This document shows, piece by piece, positions 48,544 to 58,934 of a stretch of DNA of 64,000 bases (position 1 is the stretch's first letter; each line of letters begins with the position of its first letter). This DNA is from an uncultured Candidatus Saccharibacteria bacterium (GTDB taxonomy: Bacteria; Patescibacteriota; WWE3; UBA101185; UBA10185), in the NCBI GenBank assembly GCA_964643995.1, contig CAZXUJ010000001.1:141795-205794 (forward strand), read 5' to 3'. The position numbers and the translations under genes are program-made. Below the pieces are notes generated by a model that worked only from the letters and a program-made list of their open reading frames with translations, was not told where the DNA came from and searched no databases.

Positions 48544-49167
48544 ATGGTAAGAGCAGCACTAAAACAACTACCGACTTTTATAAATACAGTTTTTGCAAAA
48601 AAGTACAAAGATCCAATAAAATATCACGACTTCGCAGTCGATGCAGAAAGAATAAAACAGAGTGAGGATATCGCTGACAGATTGGCTGAACTTTTGCCTA
48701 ATGGGGGAACTATACTAGATTTAGCAGCTGGTACAGGTATTGTTAGCAAGTGTTTAGTTGAAAAAGGTTTCAAAGTTTGGGCCACTGACCATGATTCACG
48801 AATGCTTGAGCAAATTGGTCTAGGAGCTAACGTACAAGTTAAAGACCTAGACTACAACGTAAAATTTAACTTTGAAAACAACATGTTTGATGGGGCGACG
48901 ATACTGTGGGGTAACAGGTACATTAGCAATATTGATCATTTTGTAGCAGAACTTTTCAGAGTTATGAAATCTGGCGGTGTGTTTTTATGGCCAATTTTTG
49001 CCATCGAGATGCCCCTATGGATGACAATCGGTAAACCAGAGAAGATTCCCACCCCTAAAAATTTGATAACAAAAGCAGAAAAAGCAGGATTTAAGGTTAC
49101 ACAAATAAAACAGCCCAACCCAGCTACTACAAAGGTACCAGGATATCTGATTCTTAGGAAAGAATAG
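48544..49167 (+). CDS. Class I SAM-dependent methyltransferase.
   Basis: Motif I ILDLAAGTGIV, plus acidic loop and post-I motifs. Confidence 0.65.
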   Translation: MVRAALKQLPTFINTVFAKKYKDPIKYHDFAVDAERIKQSEDIADRLAELLPNGGTILDLAAGTGIVSKCLVEKGFKVWATDHDSRMLEQIGLGANVQVKDLDYNVKFNFENNMFDGATILWGNRYISNIDHFVAELFRVMKSGGVFLWPIFAIEMPLWMTIGKPEKIPTPKNLITKAEKAGFKVTQIKQPNPATTKVPGYLILRKE

Positions 49168-50512
49168 AAACAAGATCTGAAATTTTTATACGACTTTGCT
49201 CAGTTGTATCTCTATTTCGCACCGTTACAGTACCATTTTCCAAAGTTTCATAATCCACTGTCACGCAATATGGAGTACCAATCTCATCTTGGCTGAGATA
49301 ACGTTTACCAATATTTCCACGATCATCCCAAGCAACACTGAAACCAGCCTTAACTAAATCCTGGAAAACTCCTCGAGCTTTTTCTACTATTTCAGGTTTA
49401 TTTTTTACTAGTGGGAAAACAGCTACTCTGTATGGAGCTATTTCTTTGGCTAGTTTCAAAACGACTCGATCACCATCTTCATAATAACCATTGGTCAATA
49501 GGGCTAGGAAAACTCTATTAATACCAAAAGTAGGCTCAATCACGTGCGGGATGTACTTCTTGTTTGTAAATGGGTCGGTGTATCGCAAGTCTATGCCAGA
49601 TTTTTCTGTATGATTTCGAAGATCAAAATCAGTGCGATAAGCCAAACCGAACATTTCTTTAAATCCAAAACCAAACTCAAAATCTAAATCCTCAGTCTTT
49701 GTAGAATAATGAGATCTTTCCTCATCAGTGTGTAGTCTCCAACGCAACTTGTTTGAAGGAACTCCTAAAGACTCTATCCAGCTTTTCATTTCTACTTTCC
49801 AACTATCAAACAACTCTTCCCAATTTTGTTCTTCAGGATCGAAGAAATATTCAAACTCAGATAAGTTAAATTCAAGATTTCTAAAGATAAAATTACCTAG
49901 TGTTATCTCATTACGAAAGGCTTTTCCGGATTGAGCTATACCAAAAGGCATTTTCGGACGCATTGTATCCACTACGTTCTTAAAGTTTACAAACATACCC
50001 TGCGCAATTTCACCTCGTAAATAGGCAGTTGATGAAGCATCTACAATAATTCCGATACTTGTTTCAAAAAGAAGATTAAATTTTCTAGGCACTGTCCAAT
50101 GAGATTTTCCACATTTAGGACATGGAATATGATTTTGTTCTATCAACTCTTGAATATCTTCAAGAGTACGCCCTTCGACCTGAATATTTTGGATATAATC
50201 CTCAATCAAATGATCTGCACGTGTGCGTGAGCGACATTCTAGACAATCAACCATAACATCTGTAAAACTTGCTGTATGTCCGGAAGCCTCCCAAACTTTT
50301 GGAGACATTAAAATACTCGTATCCAAACCGAACATATTCTCACGACTACGAACAAAAAAATCCCACCACGAATTAGTAATATTCTTAAGCATTAAAACAC
50401 CTAAAGGACCCATATCATAAGTATTTGCAAGACCTCCATATATTTCAGAACCCGGAAATACAAATCCTCGTCTTTTACATAGAGATACTATCTTTTTATT
50501 TAAATCGTCCAT
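49154..50512 (-). CDS. glyQS: Glycyl-tRNA synthetase, class II dimeric type.
   Basis: The N-terminus RRGFVFPGSEIYGGLANTYDMGPLG is canonical GlyRS. An anticodon-binding C-domain is present. The start was chosen at MDDLNKK. The longest ORF starts at 50665. Confidence 0.85.
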   Translation of the reverse strand: MDDLNKKIVSLCKRRGFVFPGSEIYGGLANTYDMGPLGVLMLKNITNSWWDFFVRSRENMFGLDTSILMSPKVWEASGHTASFTDVMVDCLECRSRTRADHLIEDYIQNIQVEGRTLEDIQELIEQNHIPCPKCGKSHWTVPRKFNLLFETSIGIIVDASSTAYLRGEIAQGMFVNFKNVVDTMRPKMPFGIAQSGKAFRNEITLGNFIFRNLEFNLSEFEYFFDPEEQNWEELFDSWKVEMKSWIESLGVPSNKLRWRLHTDEERSHYSTKTEDLDFEFGFGFKEMFGLAYRTDFDLRNHTEKSGIDLRYTDPFTNKKYIPHVIEPTFGINRVFLALLTNGYYEDGDRVVLKLAKEIAPYRVAVFPLVKNKPEIVEKARGVFQDLVKAGFSVAWDDRGNIGKRYLSQDEIGTPYCVTVDYETLENGTVTVRNRDTTEQSRIKISDLVSILS

Positions 50513-50541
50513 ACTAAGTTTTGATGTTAACAGGAAAGTTG

Positions 50542-50576
50542 TTGACACACAATCAAACTTCGGGTAATATTCGGGT
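50542..50576 (+). promoter_or_regulatory. Promoter TTGACA-N17-TAATAT with embedded TTCGGGTAATA/TTCGGGTATG direct repeat. The predicted transcription start is at the ATG of the small ORF (leaderless).
   Basis: TTGACA at 50542-47 and TAATAT at 50565-70. TTCGG at 50559 and 50570 with an 11-bp period. ATG at 50577. Confidence 0.4.
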
Positions 50577-50864
50577 ATGTACAGCGTAATTAACGAACCT
50601 GTAGAAGTATTTGCTAATTTTAACAAAAAAGGAGCTGAACCAATAGGCTTCACATGGAAGAACAAAGACTACAACATTACCTCAATAAACTTTAAACACT
50701 ATTCAAAAGACGGTGATAAAAAAGTCTACCAGTTTGCTGTTACTGCAAATCAAGAAACGTACAAGTTAATGTTTGACCCTACAACACTGGTGTGGCGATT
50801 AGAAGAGGTGTATTTAGAAAATGACTTCAAAGAAGTAAAAACTCTAAATGACAGCTACAACTAA
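50577..50864 (+). CDS. Hypothetical 95-aa protein, apparently leaderless and co-transcribed with dinB.
   Basis: ORF with normal codon usage. It starts exactly at the predicted transcription start and overlaps or abuts the dinB start. Confidence 0.4.
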   Translation: MYSVINEPVEVFANFNKKGAEPIGFTWKNKDYNITSINFKHYSKDGDKKVYQFAVTANQETYKLMFDPTTLVWRLEEVYLENDFKEVKTLNDSYN

Positions 50865-52101
50865 AGATTTAACTCATTATTTGGACTTTAATAAAATCAT
50901 AATGCATATAGACTATGACTCTTTCTTTGCATCCGTAGAACAACAAGTTAATCCAAAGCTGCGTGGCAAACCAATTGCTGTTGGAGGAAGTTCTGTAAGA
51001 AAGGGAATAGTTTGTGCAGCGTCGAGAGAAGCAAAAAAGCTTGGAGTTAAAACAGGAATGCCCTTGTTTAAGGCACGAGAACTATGCCCTCAACTGATTG
51101 CTATAAAAAGCGATGGAACAAAATACAGCTATATTCAAAAGGAAAGTTTAAAAATATTTAATAAATATACGGATCTGATTGAACCTTTTAGCATTGACGA
51201 GGCTTTTCTGGATGTCACGAAAACTGTGAAATTCTTCAAAAACCCTGAGCACATAGTAACTTGTATAAAAAACGAAGTAAAAGAGATGTTTGGCGAGTAT
51301 ATAACTTGCTCGGTTGGAGTAGGCCCTAATAAGTTATTAGCAAAGCTTGTTTCAGACTTAAAAAAGCCAAATGGGTTAGTAATAGTAACTGAGAAAAATC
51401 TCCAAAAAATACTTACTGGGGTTGAGCTGGAAAGTTTTTGTGGGATTGGGCATAGATTACAGGAAAGATTGAATAATATGGGAATTCATACTGTAAAAGA
51501 ATTACAAGAGACTACCCTAGCTGAACTGTATCGCGAATTCGGGAATGTTTCAGGGTCATTTCTTAAGGCAGCAAGCTTCGGCGTAGGAGTAGGAGAGGTC
51601 AAATCAGCTGAGTACGAAAGACCGGTTAAATCCATTAGTCATCAGCACACGCTAATGTATAACACTAAAAACTCAAGAATAATTCTTGATAATTTAAGAA
51701 GATTAACAGAAATGGTGGCAAAAAGACTTCGTAATCATAGTGTTGTTGGTAAAACTATACATTTATCTTTACGTGATGGAAAAAAGCAATGGTATAGGTT
51801 CAGAACAACATTACCTAGACATACCTCCTCGGGAATGGAAATATATAAAAGAGTTGAAAAATTGTTTTGGGAGGTCAAATGGGACAAAGAAACTCGCTTG
51901 GTGGGCATAGGCATATCAAACCTAATAGATGAAAAAACTTTAATGCGCCCGCTATTCTTAGAAGATCAGAGGGACGCAACGATAAACAAAGCCATAGATA
52001 AAATTAATGATAGATGGGGAAAATTCTCAATTATACCAGCTAATACCTTAAGGGCAGCTAATACAAAAACAAAAATAAGCAGCTTTTTACGACATGAGTA
52101 A
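50848..52101 (+). CDS. dinB: DNA polymerase IV (Y-family).
   Basis: HIDYDSFFASVE catalytic block and GIG...L HhH little-finger region. The start is at 50848 (MTATTK), or possibly 50905 (MHIDYD). Confidence 0.85.
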   Translation: MTATTKDLTHYLDFNKIIMHIDYDSFFASVEQQVNPKLRGKPIAVGGSSVRKGIVCAASREAKKLGVKTGMPLFKARELCPQLIAIKSDGTKYSYIQKESLKIFNKYTDLIEPFSIDEAFLDVTKTVKFFKNPEHIVTCIKNEVKEMFGEYITCSVGVGPNKLLAKLVSDLKKPNGLVIVTEKNLQKILTGVELESFCGIGHRLQERLNNMGIHTVKELQETTLAELYREFGNVSGSFLKAASFGVGVGEVKSAEYERPVKSISHQHTLMYNTKNSRIILDNLRRLTEMVAKRLRNHSVVGKTIHLSLRDGKKQWYRFRTTLPRHTSSGMEIYKRVEKLFWEVKWDKETRLVGIGISNLIDEKTLMRPLFLEDQRDATINKAIDKINDRWGKFSIIPANTLRAANTKTKISSFLRHE

Positions 52102-52104
52102 TTG

Positions 52105-52827
52105 CTAAAAATTTCCAAAAGCTCTAGATGTTTTAAAGTTGTCTTCAAGAATACTACGAATGAATACTTTAATTAAGGACAATGTTTCGGAAGATACCTT
52201 AAGATCTTTTACTAATTTACCTTTTTGTAGAAAATGCAAAAACTGCGCATCCTGCAAAGCAATCTGCAAACCATTTTTACAGTCGTCGCAGACCAACCCA
52301 CCTAGAGCTAGGTTCAGCCTATAACCTTCCCAGTCTAGAGAAAACTTTTTTCCACAATTAATGCAGCTATCAAACCTAATGGCGTAACCTAAGTTACGAA
52401 CAAGAGACAGCTCGAAATAACTTACAACAACTTTGGGATCAAGCATTTGGCTTTCAATAAATTTCAATGTTTTTAGTAGTAGCTCAAATATGTTCTCATT
52501 AGGATCATTACTTTCTGTGAGACGATCGCACAACTCAATGAGATAGTAACCGAGAACAGAGTATTCAAGATTAGTTTTCAAACGATTGAACGTTGTTATA
52601 GGAACAACTTCGGTGAGGTAGTCAAAACTATTTGACGATTCTGTGATACTAACCTTTATGTGGTTAAAGGTATCAATAATCCCTTTTCTCTTTGAGGAGA
52701 TTTTTCTTATACCCTTTGCGACGGCTGTAATTTTTCCACGCTCTTTTGAATATAACGTAAATATCTTATCAGCATCTTTATAATTGATGTTTTTGAGAAC
52801 TATACATTCAGTAGTAAACCTATGCAT
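52105..52827 (-). CDS. recO: DNA repair protein RecO.
   Basis: N-terminal OB fold (IVLKNINYKDADKIFTLYSKERGKITAVAKG) and a C-terminal Cys4 zinc finger (CINCGK...CDDC). Confidence 0.8.
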   Translation of the reverse strand: MHRFTTECIVLKNINYKDADKIFTLYSKERGKITAVAKGIRKISSKRKGIIDTFNHIKVSITESSNSFDYLTEVVPITTFNRLKTNLEYSVLGYYLIELCDRLTESNDPNENIFELLLKTLKFIESQMLDPKVVVSYFELSLVRNLGYAIRFDSCINCGKKFSLDWEGYRLNLALGGLVCDDCKNGLQIALQDAQFLHFLQKGKLVKDLKVSSETLSLIKVFIRSILEDNFKTSRAFGNF

Positions 52828-52842
52828 GAATAAGATTCTACA

Positions 52843-54777
52843 TTATAAAGTGGTAGTGAAGGTTTCGTCTGTTGAAAGTTCAACTTCAGTTTTTGTACCA
52901 TTGACCGTCACGAAATGTTTTTCACGATCAATACCTGACTGTTTTTGCAAGTAGAGGCTATAGCTATCGTCTTTGATCAAACCATTAGGCAAATAATACT
53001 TAAACACCAAATCTTTTGTTTCACCTTGATTTAAAGTAATGTACCCATGAAACATAGTTTTGTTACGATCTAGCACCTCTTCGGTACCACTCGGATCGGC
53101 AGAACCCTCTACACTAATTAATTCGGATCCTGCTGGAACATAAAGGCGAACCCAATCCTGATAAATTTGAATAAATGGATCGTAAGATGGGTCTTTTTCA
53201 CCGTAACTAAATTTAACACGTACTGTTCGCACATAACGGCCGTTTTCTTCTGCCAGTTCGTGCTCGATTTGCTTGTTAACAAACCAGCCATTCGTCTTAC
53301 CACCACCTAAATTAGTGGACGTTACTAAAGCATAATCACCAGCAACTGGGTTTACGATACGGCCCCCAAAATTATATTTATCAATGAGTGCCTGTGCATC
53401 TGAGTCGAACACATATGCTTGTATGTGTTTCCTCATTGCCAAGTCAATACCCTTGTCGACAAGTTTTGGCCAGAGGTTGCTATCAGACTCGAAAACATTA
53501 ATTAACATTTCCTCCATTAAATCGCCTAGTATTCTCTTACGATTTGCCTGCTCTCGTAGAGCCAGACTAGCTATTTTTTCAAGTTCAAGAGTAACTGTAT
53601 CAGGGGAATATGTAACACCATTCAATGTAACTGGGCCGGTTATTTCTAGGACTTCTTCTAGCACACGAGTATCAATTGTAAATACACCGTCAACAGGTTT
53701 AAAGTCACTACTTAAAGGCATAGCCAAATTCCAAAAAACCATGAATTGATCAACAGATGTTGGCAAATCAGGTGATATGTTAGCATCGCGGGCAAACATA
53801 CGTTCAACCTTCAAGTGATTTTCGTAAGCTGCAGGAACTTTTGGAAATGTGTAATATGAATCTATGGCATCCAATACGAAGTCTACATTATAGGTACCAT
53901 TTGAAGAAAAATCAGAACTTAGCAATGCATTAGAAAGCTTAAAGGTAGACACGTAAGTCCAGAAACCGCCAGTACCTCGTATTTCTTTATCATTTTGGAA
54001 AAGGATCATGTAACGTTTTTCACCGGTTTCAACACCAAGGAGAGGTGGAATAATGGTTAACGCTTTTTTAATATCGGGTGCCGATTCATTAAGCTGAACC
54101 AAAGCTTTTTGAGTAGTTGCAATAGTATCTCTCAATGGAAAACCTCTAAATTCCTCTGGATATCTATTAGCATCTATTTTAGATAATTCTTCACCGGCGA
54201 GAGCAAGCTTTTGTAAAACTACATCAGATCCGCTTGCAATTTCGGGCATAATACCTACCCATGTGGCGAATGCTTCGGCAAGTCCTGTTTGAACTACTTC
54301 CTGCTCCTCAGAAATTTTGAACCCACCGGCGGCTGCAAATGGGCGCATCAAGACTATAGCCTCACGACCTGCATTTAACATGTGAAAACTTGCCTCGATG
54401 AAATGTTCTGAATCGTTGTAATACTGTTTTGTAAATCCTATATTACTTGCCCAACCTACATTTTCATCACGAGCAACTCTTAAATCACGGAGGTTTTGTT
54501 CAGTTTTATCAAAAAGTTTTTCAAGTGTAACTAAGTCTCTGTTGGCTGCGGCAAGTTTAATCTCGGCAACATCAGCTTTGAGAGTGTTAATATTGGTTAA
54601 AAGTGAGAGGGCTGGTTTTGCAAACAAAAAGTAAAATACTAATCCAAAAGCAAGCAATATCCCAAGTAAAATGCCCAGAAAACCAAACAACTTTTTATTT
54701 TTGATAGGTTTCTGTACTTTTCCGAAAGCAGTCTTACTTTCTTTTGAATTAAAAAATGTAGCTTCAGCCATAGACAA
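52843..54777 (-). CDS. DUF4012 domain membrane-anchored protein.
   Basis: N-terminal TM, then a large extracytoplasmic domain with an ILFQNDKEIRGTGGF block characteristic of DUF4012. It heads a glycosyltransferase cluster. Confidence 0.5.
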   Translation of the reverse strand: MSMAEATFFNSKESKTAFGKVQKPIKNKKLFGFLGILLGILLAFGLVFYFLFAKPALSLLTNINTLKADVAEIKLAAANRDLVTLEKLFDKTEQNLRDLRVARDENVGWASNIGFTKQYYNDSEHFIEASFHMLNAGREAIVLMRPFAAAGGFKISEEQEVVQTGLAEAFATWVGIMPEIASGSDVVLQKLALAGEELSKIDANRYPEEFRGFPLRDTIATTQKALVQLNESAPDIKKALTIIPPLLGVETGEKRYMILFQNDKEIRGTGGFWTYVSTFKLSNALLSSDFSSNGTYNVDFVLDAIDSYYTFPKVPAAYENHLKVERMFARDANISPDLPTSVDQFMVFWNLAMPLSSDFKPVDGVFTIDTRVLEEVLEITGPVTLNGVTYSPDTVTLELEKIASLALREQANRKRILGDLMEEMLINVFESDSNLWPKLVDKGIDLAMRKHIQAYVFDSDAQALIDKYNFGGRIVNPVAGDYALVTSTNLGGGKTNGWFVNKQIEHELAEENGRYVRTVRVKFSYGEKDPSYDPFIQIYQDWVRLYVPAGSELISVEGSADPSGTEEVLDRNKTMFHGYITLNQGETKDLVFKYYLPNGLIKDDSYSLYLQKQSGIDREKHFVTVNGTKTEVELSTDETFTTTL

Positions 54778-54846
54778 GTATTTATTACGATACTATAAAA
54801 CAGTAATTCGCGCAAAACTTCCAAGTTTTTTGTAACACAATCTACA

Positions 54847-55479
54847 TTATACGGCACCGCGACCAGTAATTACAACGAGGGGTGTTTTTATAATTATAGA
54901 TATATCGTACAAGATGGATCGGGATTGTGCATATGTTGCATCCATCTTAATACGTTCCTCAAAGTTCACTGCAGACCTGCCCCCTATTTGCCAAGGACCT
55001 GTAAGGCCAGGTTTCACTGTCAAAGTAGTGTCTACATGCTCTTTGTAATCAGGGTGCTTTTTTATCTGCTCATCTAACTCAAATGGGTAATAAGCACGAG
55101 GACCAACAATACTCATATCGCCTTTCAAAATGTTCAAAAACTGTGGCATCTCATCAATACTATACTTTCTCATCACTGAAGCACCAGGTAACCAACGGGG
55201 GTCATTGTCCAACTTATAGTTGTTCTCTTTATATTTTTTGTAGAGTTCAGGATTGTTTTTTAGCCATTCTGAAGCATTTGGAATCATGGATCTAAATTTA
55301 TACATACGAAAGGAAGATTTATCTTTGCCGACCCTATTTGGCGTATCAGCCATAATGGGACCGTTTGGTGAAACTATTTTAATAAAAACAGCCGTGACTA
55401 TCATGACAGGTGCAAATACTGTTAGTCCAACTAAAGCTCCCAAAATGTCTAGTAGTCTCTTTTCAATTTTATAAAGCAT
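54847..55479 (-). CDS. Small initiating sugar-phosphate transferase (PglC/WbaP C-domain type).
   Basis: Single N-terminal TM plus a Bac_transf domain (YKFRSM, DEMPQFLNILKGDMSIVGPR). Confidence 0.75.
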   Translation of the reverse strand: MLYKIEKRLLDILGALVGLTVFAPVMIVTAVFIKIVSPNGPIMADTPNRVGKDKSSFRMYKFRSMIPNASEWLKNNPELYKKYKENNYKLDNDPRWLPGASVMRKYSIDEMPQFLNILKGDMSIVGPRAYYPFELDEQIKKHPDYKEHVDTTLTVKPGLTGPWQIGGRSAVNFEERIKMDATYAQSRSILYDISIIIKTPLVVITGRGAV

Positions 55480-56575
55480 TTTCTTCCCCTACACTTTCTA
55501 CAAAGAGCCTTACTCCTTGCACAAAATTACTTTTACTGTACCTCAAAGCATGCTCCATGCAGGTAGAAGCATTATACCTTAAAGGGTCGAAACTTTTTAA
55601 TAAATTTACTAAAGATTCAACTGTTTGATCATAAAAAAACTCTCCAGTCACCAAAGGTGTGATTGTTTCAAGTGCACCGCCCTTCCCAAAGGCTATTACT
55701 GGTTTGCCAAATGACATCGCCTCTAGTGGGGTTATGCCAAAGTCTTCATATTGCGTGTTGATAAAAGCTATGCAGTTTTTGTAAAGTTGATTTTTTCTGT
55801 GTTGTGTTACATAGCCCTCAAATCTCGTCCTTCCATTAGAAATGCTTTGTAAACGTTGTTTGTCCGTCCCATCACCAACTATAACTAAGTTTAAACCTAA
55901 ACTTTCACAAGCGATTATTGCAAGTTCGATCTTTTTCCATGCTACGAGTCTAGAAACTATCAGATAGTAATTTGAATCATCAACTGAGTTATCATTTTCA
56001 GCATACGTGGAAGTTTCAACGAAAGGGTAAATTATTGTTGATTCACGATTATAGTACTTTTGGATTCTACTTTGGGGAGTAGCGGAGTTGGCTATAAAAT
56101 GATCCACCCGTTGGGCAGCAGCATAATCCCAAACGCGCAATATACTCAAAGCCGACGCTATAGTGTTAAAAAAGACAGTGTTTTCCTTTTCAAAGTAGGT
56201 AGAAGGCTCCCAGAACATTCTTCCAGGAGAATTCATATAACAAATATGTTTCGTGTTGGGTTTAGTTATCACGCCATGAGCGAATCTTGCTGACATAGAA
56301 AATACGATATCGTACTTAGAGAAATCGAAAGACTCCATAGCCATATTGTAAAGAAGTGTAGGCCCCAAAAGTCGAAACAATGTCTTTTTGAAAGGTATCT
56401 TTTGCAAAAACGAAGTTTTAAGTACAATCCCTCTAGTTGCGCAGATCTCCTCCCAATCGCGTGTTGCCATAGTTGTGAATAATGGAGCCTCAGGCCAAAT
56501 TTCAGTTACAGCAAGTAGCAAATTCTCCGCGCCTCCATGTTGGATGAGATCATCAAAAACTATGGCTATTTTCAT
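55469..56575 (-). CDS. GT4 family glycosyltransferase.
   Basis: GT-B fold. N-terminus MKIAIVFDDLIQHGGAE, and a C-terminal E..E block (GITPLEAMSFGKPVIA). Confidence 0.7.
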   Translation of the reverse strand: MKIAIVFDDLIQHGGAENLLLAVTEIWPEAPLFTTMATRDWEEICATRGIVLKTSFLQKIPFKKTLFRLLGPTLLYNMAMESFDFSKYDIVFSMSARFAHGVITKPNTKHICYMNSPGRMFWEPSTYFEKENTVFFNTIASALSILRVWDYAAAQRVDHFIANSATPQSRIQKYYNRESTIIYPFVETSTYAENDNSVDDSNYYLIVSRLVAWKKIELAIIACESLGLNLVIVGDGTDKQRLQSISNGRTRFEGYVTQHRKNQLYKNCIAFINTQYEDFGITPLEAMSFGKPVIAFGKGGALETITPLVTGEFFYDQTVESLVNLLKSFDPLRYNASTCMEHALRYSKSNFVQGVRLFVESVGEENAL

Positions 56576-57686
56576 AGTATCTTTTAACTAAAACCTCATG
56601 GACTAGTTTGCCCGATTTTTCCCAAGTAAATTGTTTAGCACGTACTAAACCGGCAGCAACACGCGTTGAGTCAGTGTCTTTTAGACAAGATACTATTGCT
56701 TCAGCAATACTCCTTTTATCACGAGGATTAAAGTAATAAGCTATATTTCCTCCAATTTCTGGGAGAGAACTTGTATTGGAGCAAACTACCTTGGTTTCAC
56801 ATGAAAAGGCCTCGAGCAATTGGATACCAAACCCCTCATACAAAGATGGATTAACAAAAGCTTCGGCGGACGAATAAATATAAGGAAGGTCACTATCGTT
56901 AACAAACCCTGTGAAGTTAAGCTTAGAGAATATTTTTTTGGTGCGCCACTCCTTCTCGATACGTTCATAAAAAAACTTTTTGCTCCCTCCTAATACTAGG
57001 GTTAGGTCTGGTAGAGTATCACCCACCAACTCAAAGGCTTCAATAAGTCTTTCCAAATTTTTATGCGGGTGCGCATTACCAATATAAAAAATATATGGCT
57101 TTTTTATACTATATTTAGATAAAATTTCTGCGGTATGTTCATTAATTTGCCTGAAAAAGTGCTTTTCCGCAGCACACGGTGTTATAAATATTTTTGAAGG
57201 TTTTACAGGATAAGCTTCTAGAATCTCATTTTTTACAGATTCTGTTACAGTGAATATGCGATCTGATTTAACAATGGCATACCATAGAACAATCTTTGCA
57301 CTGACTCTCTTGAACATGTAAAAGAAGTAAGGAAGTGTGGAAGCACGCCCAGTTTTAACTTTAGTGACAGTAAGATCATGAATAGTAACAACAAATTTTT
57401 TCAAATATAAAATCGGAACGTTAAGATTTGGAACAAATAGTATGTTTAGATTTGCGCGATAAAAATATATCGGCAATACAAACTGCTCCTTAAACGAATG
57501 CCAGCGAATATCAGTTGCTACGAATGTAAAGTTATCAGGAAGGTTAAACGAATCTCGATCTTTGGGTAAAACAAACAAGATATATTCATTGGTGTGATCA
57601 AGCTCGGAGATAACTCTGACTATGTTTCTTATGTAGCGACCTATTCCTGTTTCATTCCACATTCTACAATCTATACCTATCCTCAT
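56553..57686 (-). CDS. GT4 family glycosyltransferase.
   Basis: MRIGIDCR..GIGRY N-terminus and a C-terminal EGFGIQLLEA motif. Confidence 0.7.
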   Translation of the reverse strand: MRIGIDCRMWNETGIGRYIRNIVRVISELDHTNEYILFVLPKDRDSFNLPDNFTFVATDIRWHSFKEQFVLPIYFYRANLNILFVPNLNVPILYLKKFVVTIHDLTVTKVKTGRASTLPYFFYMFKRVSAKIVLWYAIVKSDRIFTVTESVKNEILEAYPVKPSKIFITPCAAEKHFFRQINEHTAEILSKYSIKKPYIFYIGNAHPHKNLERLIEAFELVGDTLPDLTLVLGGSKKFFYERIEKEWRTKKIFSKLNFTGFVNDSDLPYIYSSAEAFVNPSLYEGFGIQLLEAFSCETKVVCSNTSSLPEIGGNIAYYFNPRDKRSIAEAIVSCLKDTDSTRVAAGLVRAKQFTWEKSGKLVHEVLVKRYYENSHSF

Positions 57687-57704
57687 AGTATTATAATATC
57701 AAAG

Positions 57705-58934
57705 ATGCTTGCACAACTTACAAAGATCTCAATAGTCAGCGTGGGAAATATTGGAAATGCCTTTCTGGGAGTGTTGTTTCTCACTGCTGTGGCACGAAGT
57801 CTTAGTATCGAAGAGTTTGGCAAGTATGCCTTACTCACTACGCTTCTGGTGTCTATGTCTAAGGTGATTGATTTTGGAAGTAACTCTACATATGTCGCAG
57901 AAGCATCAGAAGAAAACAATGAGAACATAGACTCCTTTCTCATACTTAAAGCCGGGATGCTTACACTTGCATATTTTGTAGGCACGCTGATTCTATATTT
58001 CACAGATCTGCTCAATCTAGCGACGTTCATAACGTACACCCTAGGAATTATCGCCTACAGTTTTAACATTACAGTATTTGCCTTGTTTCAAAAGAAAAGG
58101 ATGTATAAAGAAGCTGTACTACTAAATTCAGTGCCCGCGAGTATCAAAGGGTTATTAGGCGTAATTGCGTTAAGTGGCTTAATGAGTCTAACATTGGAAA
58201 GAGCCTTCGCCATATTTGCCGGATCCGTGTACTTCAGTTTGATTTTATACCCAAAAATCCCAAGGCTTTACAAAACACTCAATGTAGGTTTCATAAACAA
58301 AGAATATGTAAGACATCTCGCAAAAACAGGATTTCCTGGAGGTGTAGCACTGATAATACAACATAGCTGGCCGACAATTTCTAACACCATTGCAAAGATC
58401 GCAAAGGATTTTACATCCGCTGGAATTTTTTCTGTAGCAGACAAAATAGCCAACATATTCACTCTCATCTCAGTTTCGGTTTTCACGGTGCTACTGCCAG
58501 AAAACGCACAGCGAAAAAGACTTAATCAAAAGTATGATTACAAAGGTACCTTTTATATTTCTCTCGTAATTATATTGCTGGCACTGTTTGCTACTGTAGC
58601 AGGCACCATTTTATTACCAATAGTTTTCGGACAAAAATATATTGAGTCTGTGCCAATTTTATGGATATTGATACTCAGTAGCGCATTTACAGCTATACAC
58701 ACATTCATGGACAACTACTTTTACGTCCATAAAAATGTAAAACCACTAATGTATATAAACTTGCTGAAACTCGGTGCAATGGTAATTTTGGGCTTTGCGC
58801 TTATAAAACAACTAAACTTAATTGGATTGGCCTATGCACAATTGATTGCTGCATCAATAACACTAGCCGTTACGATTTGGATAATAAAGAAATTGGAGTC
58901 TACTCAATCGCAGCTTCAGCACTCTTTAGAGTAA
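57705..58934 (+). CDS. Polysaccharide flippase (MOP/Wzx-like).
   Basis: About 12-14 TM helices and a polysaccharide-biosynthesis-protein pattern. The start was chosen at MLAQLTKI to avoid overlap with the divergent GT. The ORF track begins at 57594. Confidence 0.6.
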   Translation: MLAQLTKISIVSVGNIGNAFLGVLFLTAVARSLSIEEFGKYALLTTLLVSMSKVIDFGSNSTYVAEASEENNENIDSFLILKAGMLTLAYFVGTLILYFTDLLNLATFITYTLGIIAYSFNITVFALFQKKRMYKEAVLLNSVPASIKGLLGVIALSGLMSLTLERAFAIFAGSVYFSLILYPKIPRLYKTLNVGFINKEYVRHLAKTGFPGGVALIIQHSWPTISNTIAKIAKDFTSAGIFSVADKIANIFTLISVSVFTVLLPENAQRKRLNQKYDYKGTFYISLVIILLALFATVAGTILLPIVFGQKYIESVPILWILILSSAFTAIHTFMDNYFYVHKNVKPLMYINLLKLGAMVILGFALIKQLNLIGLAYAQLIAASITLAVTIWIIKKLESTQSQLQHSLE

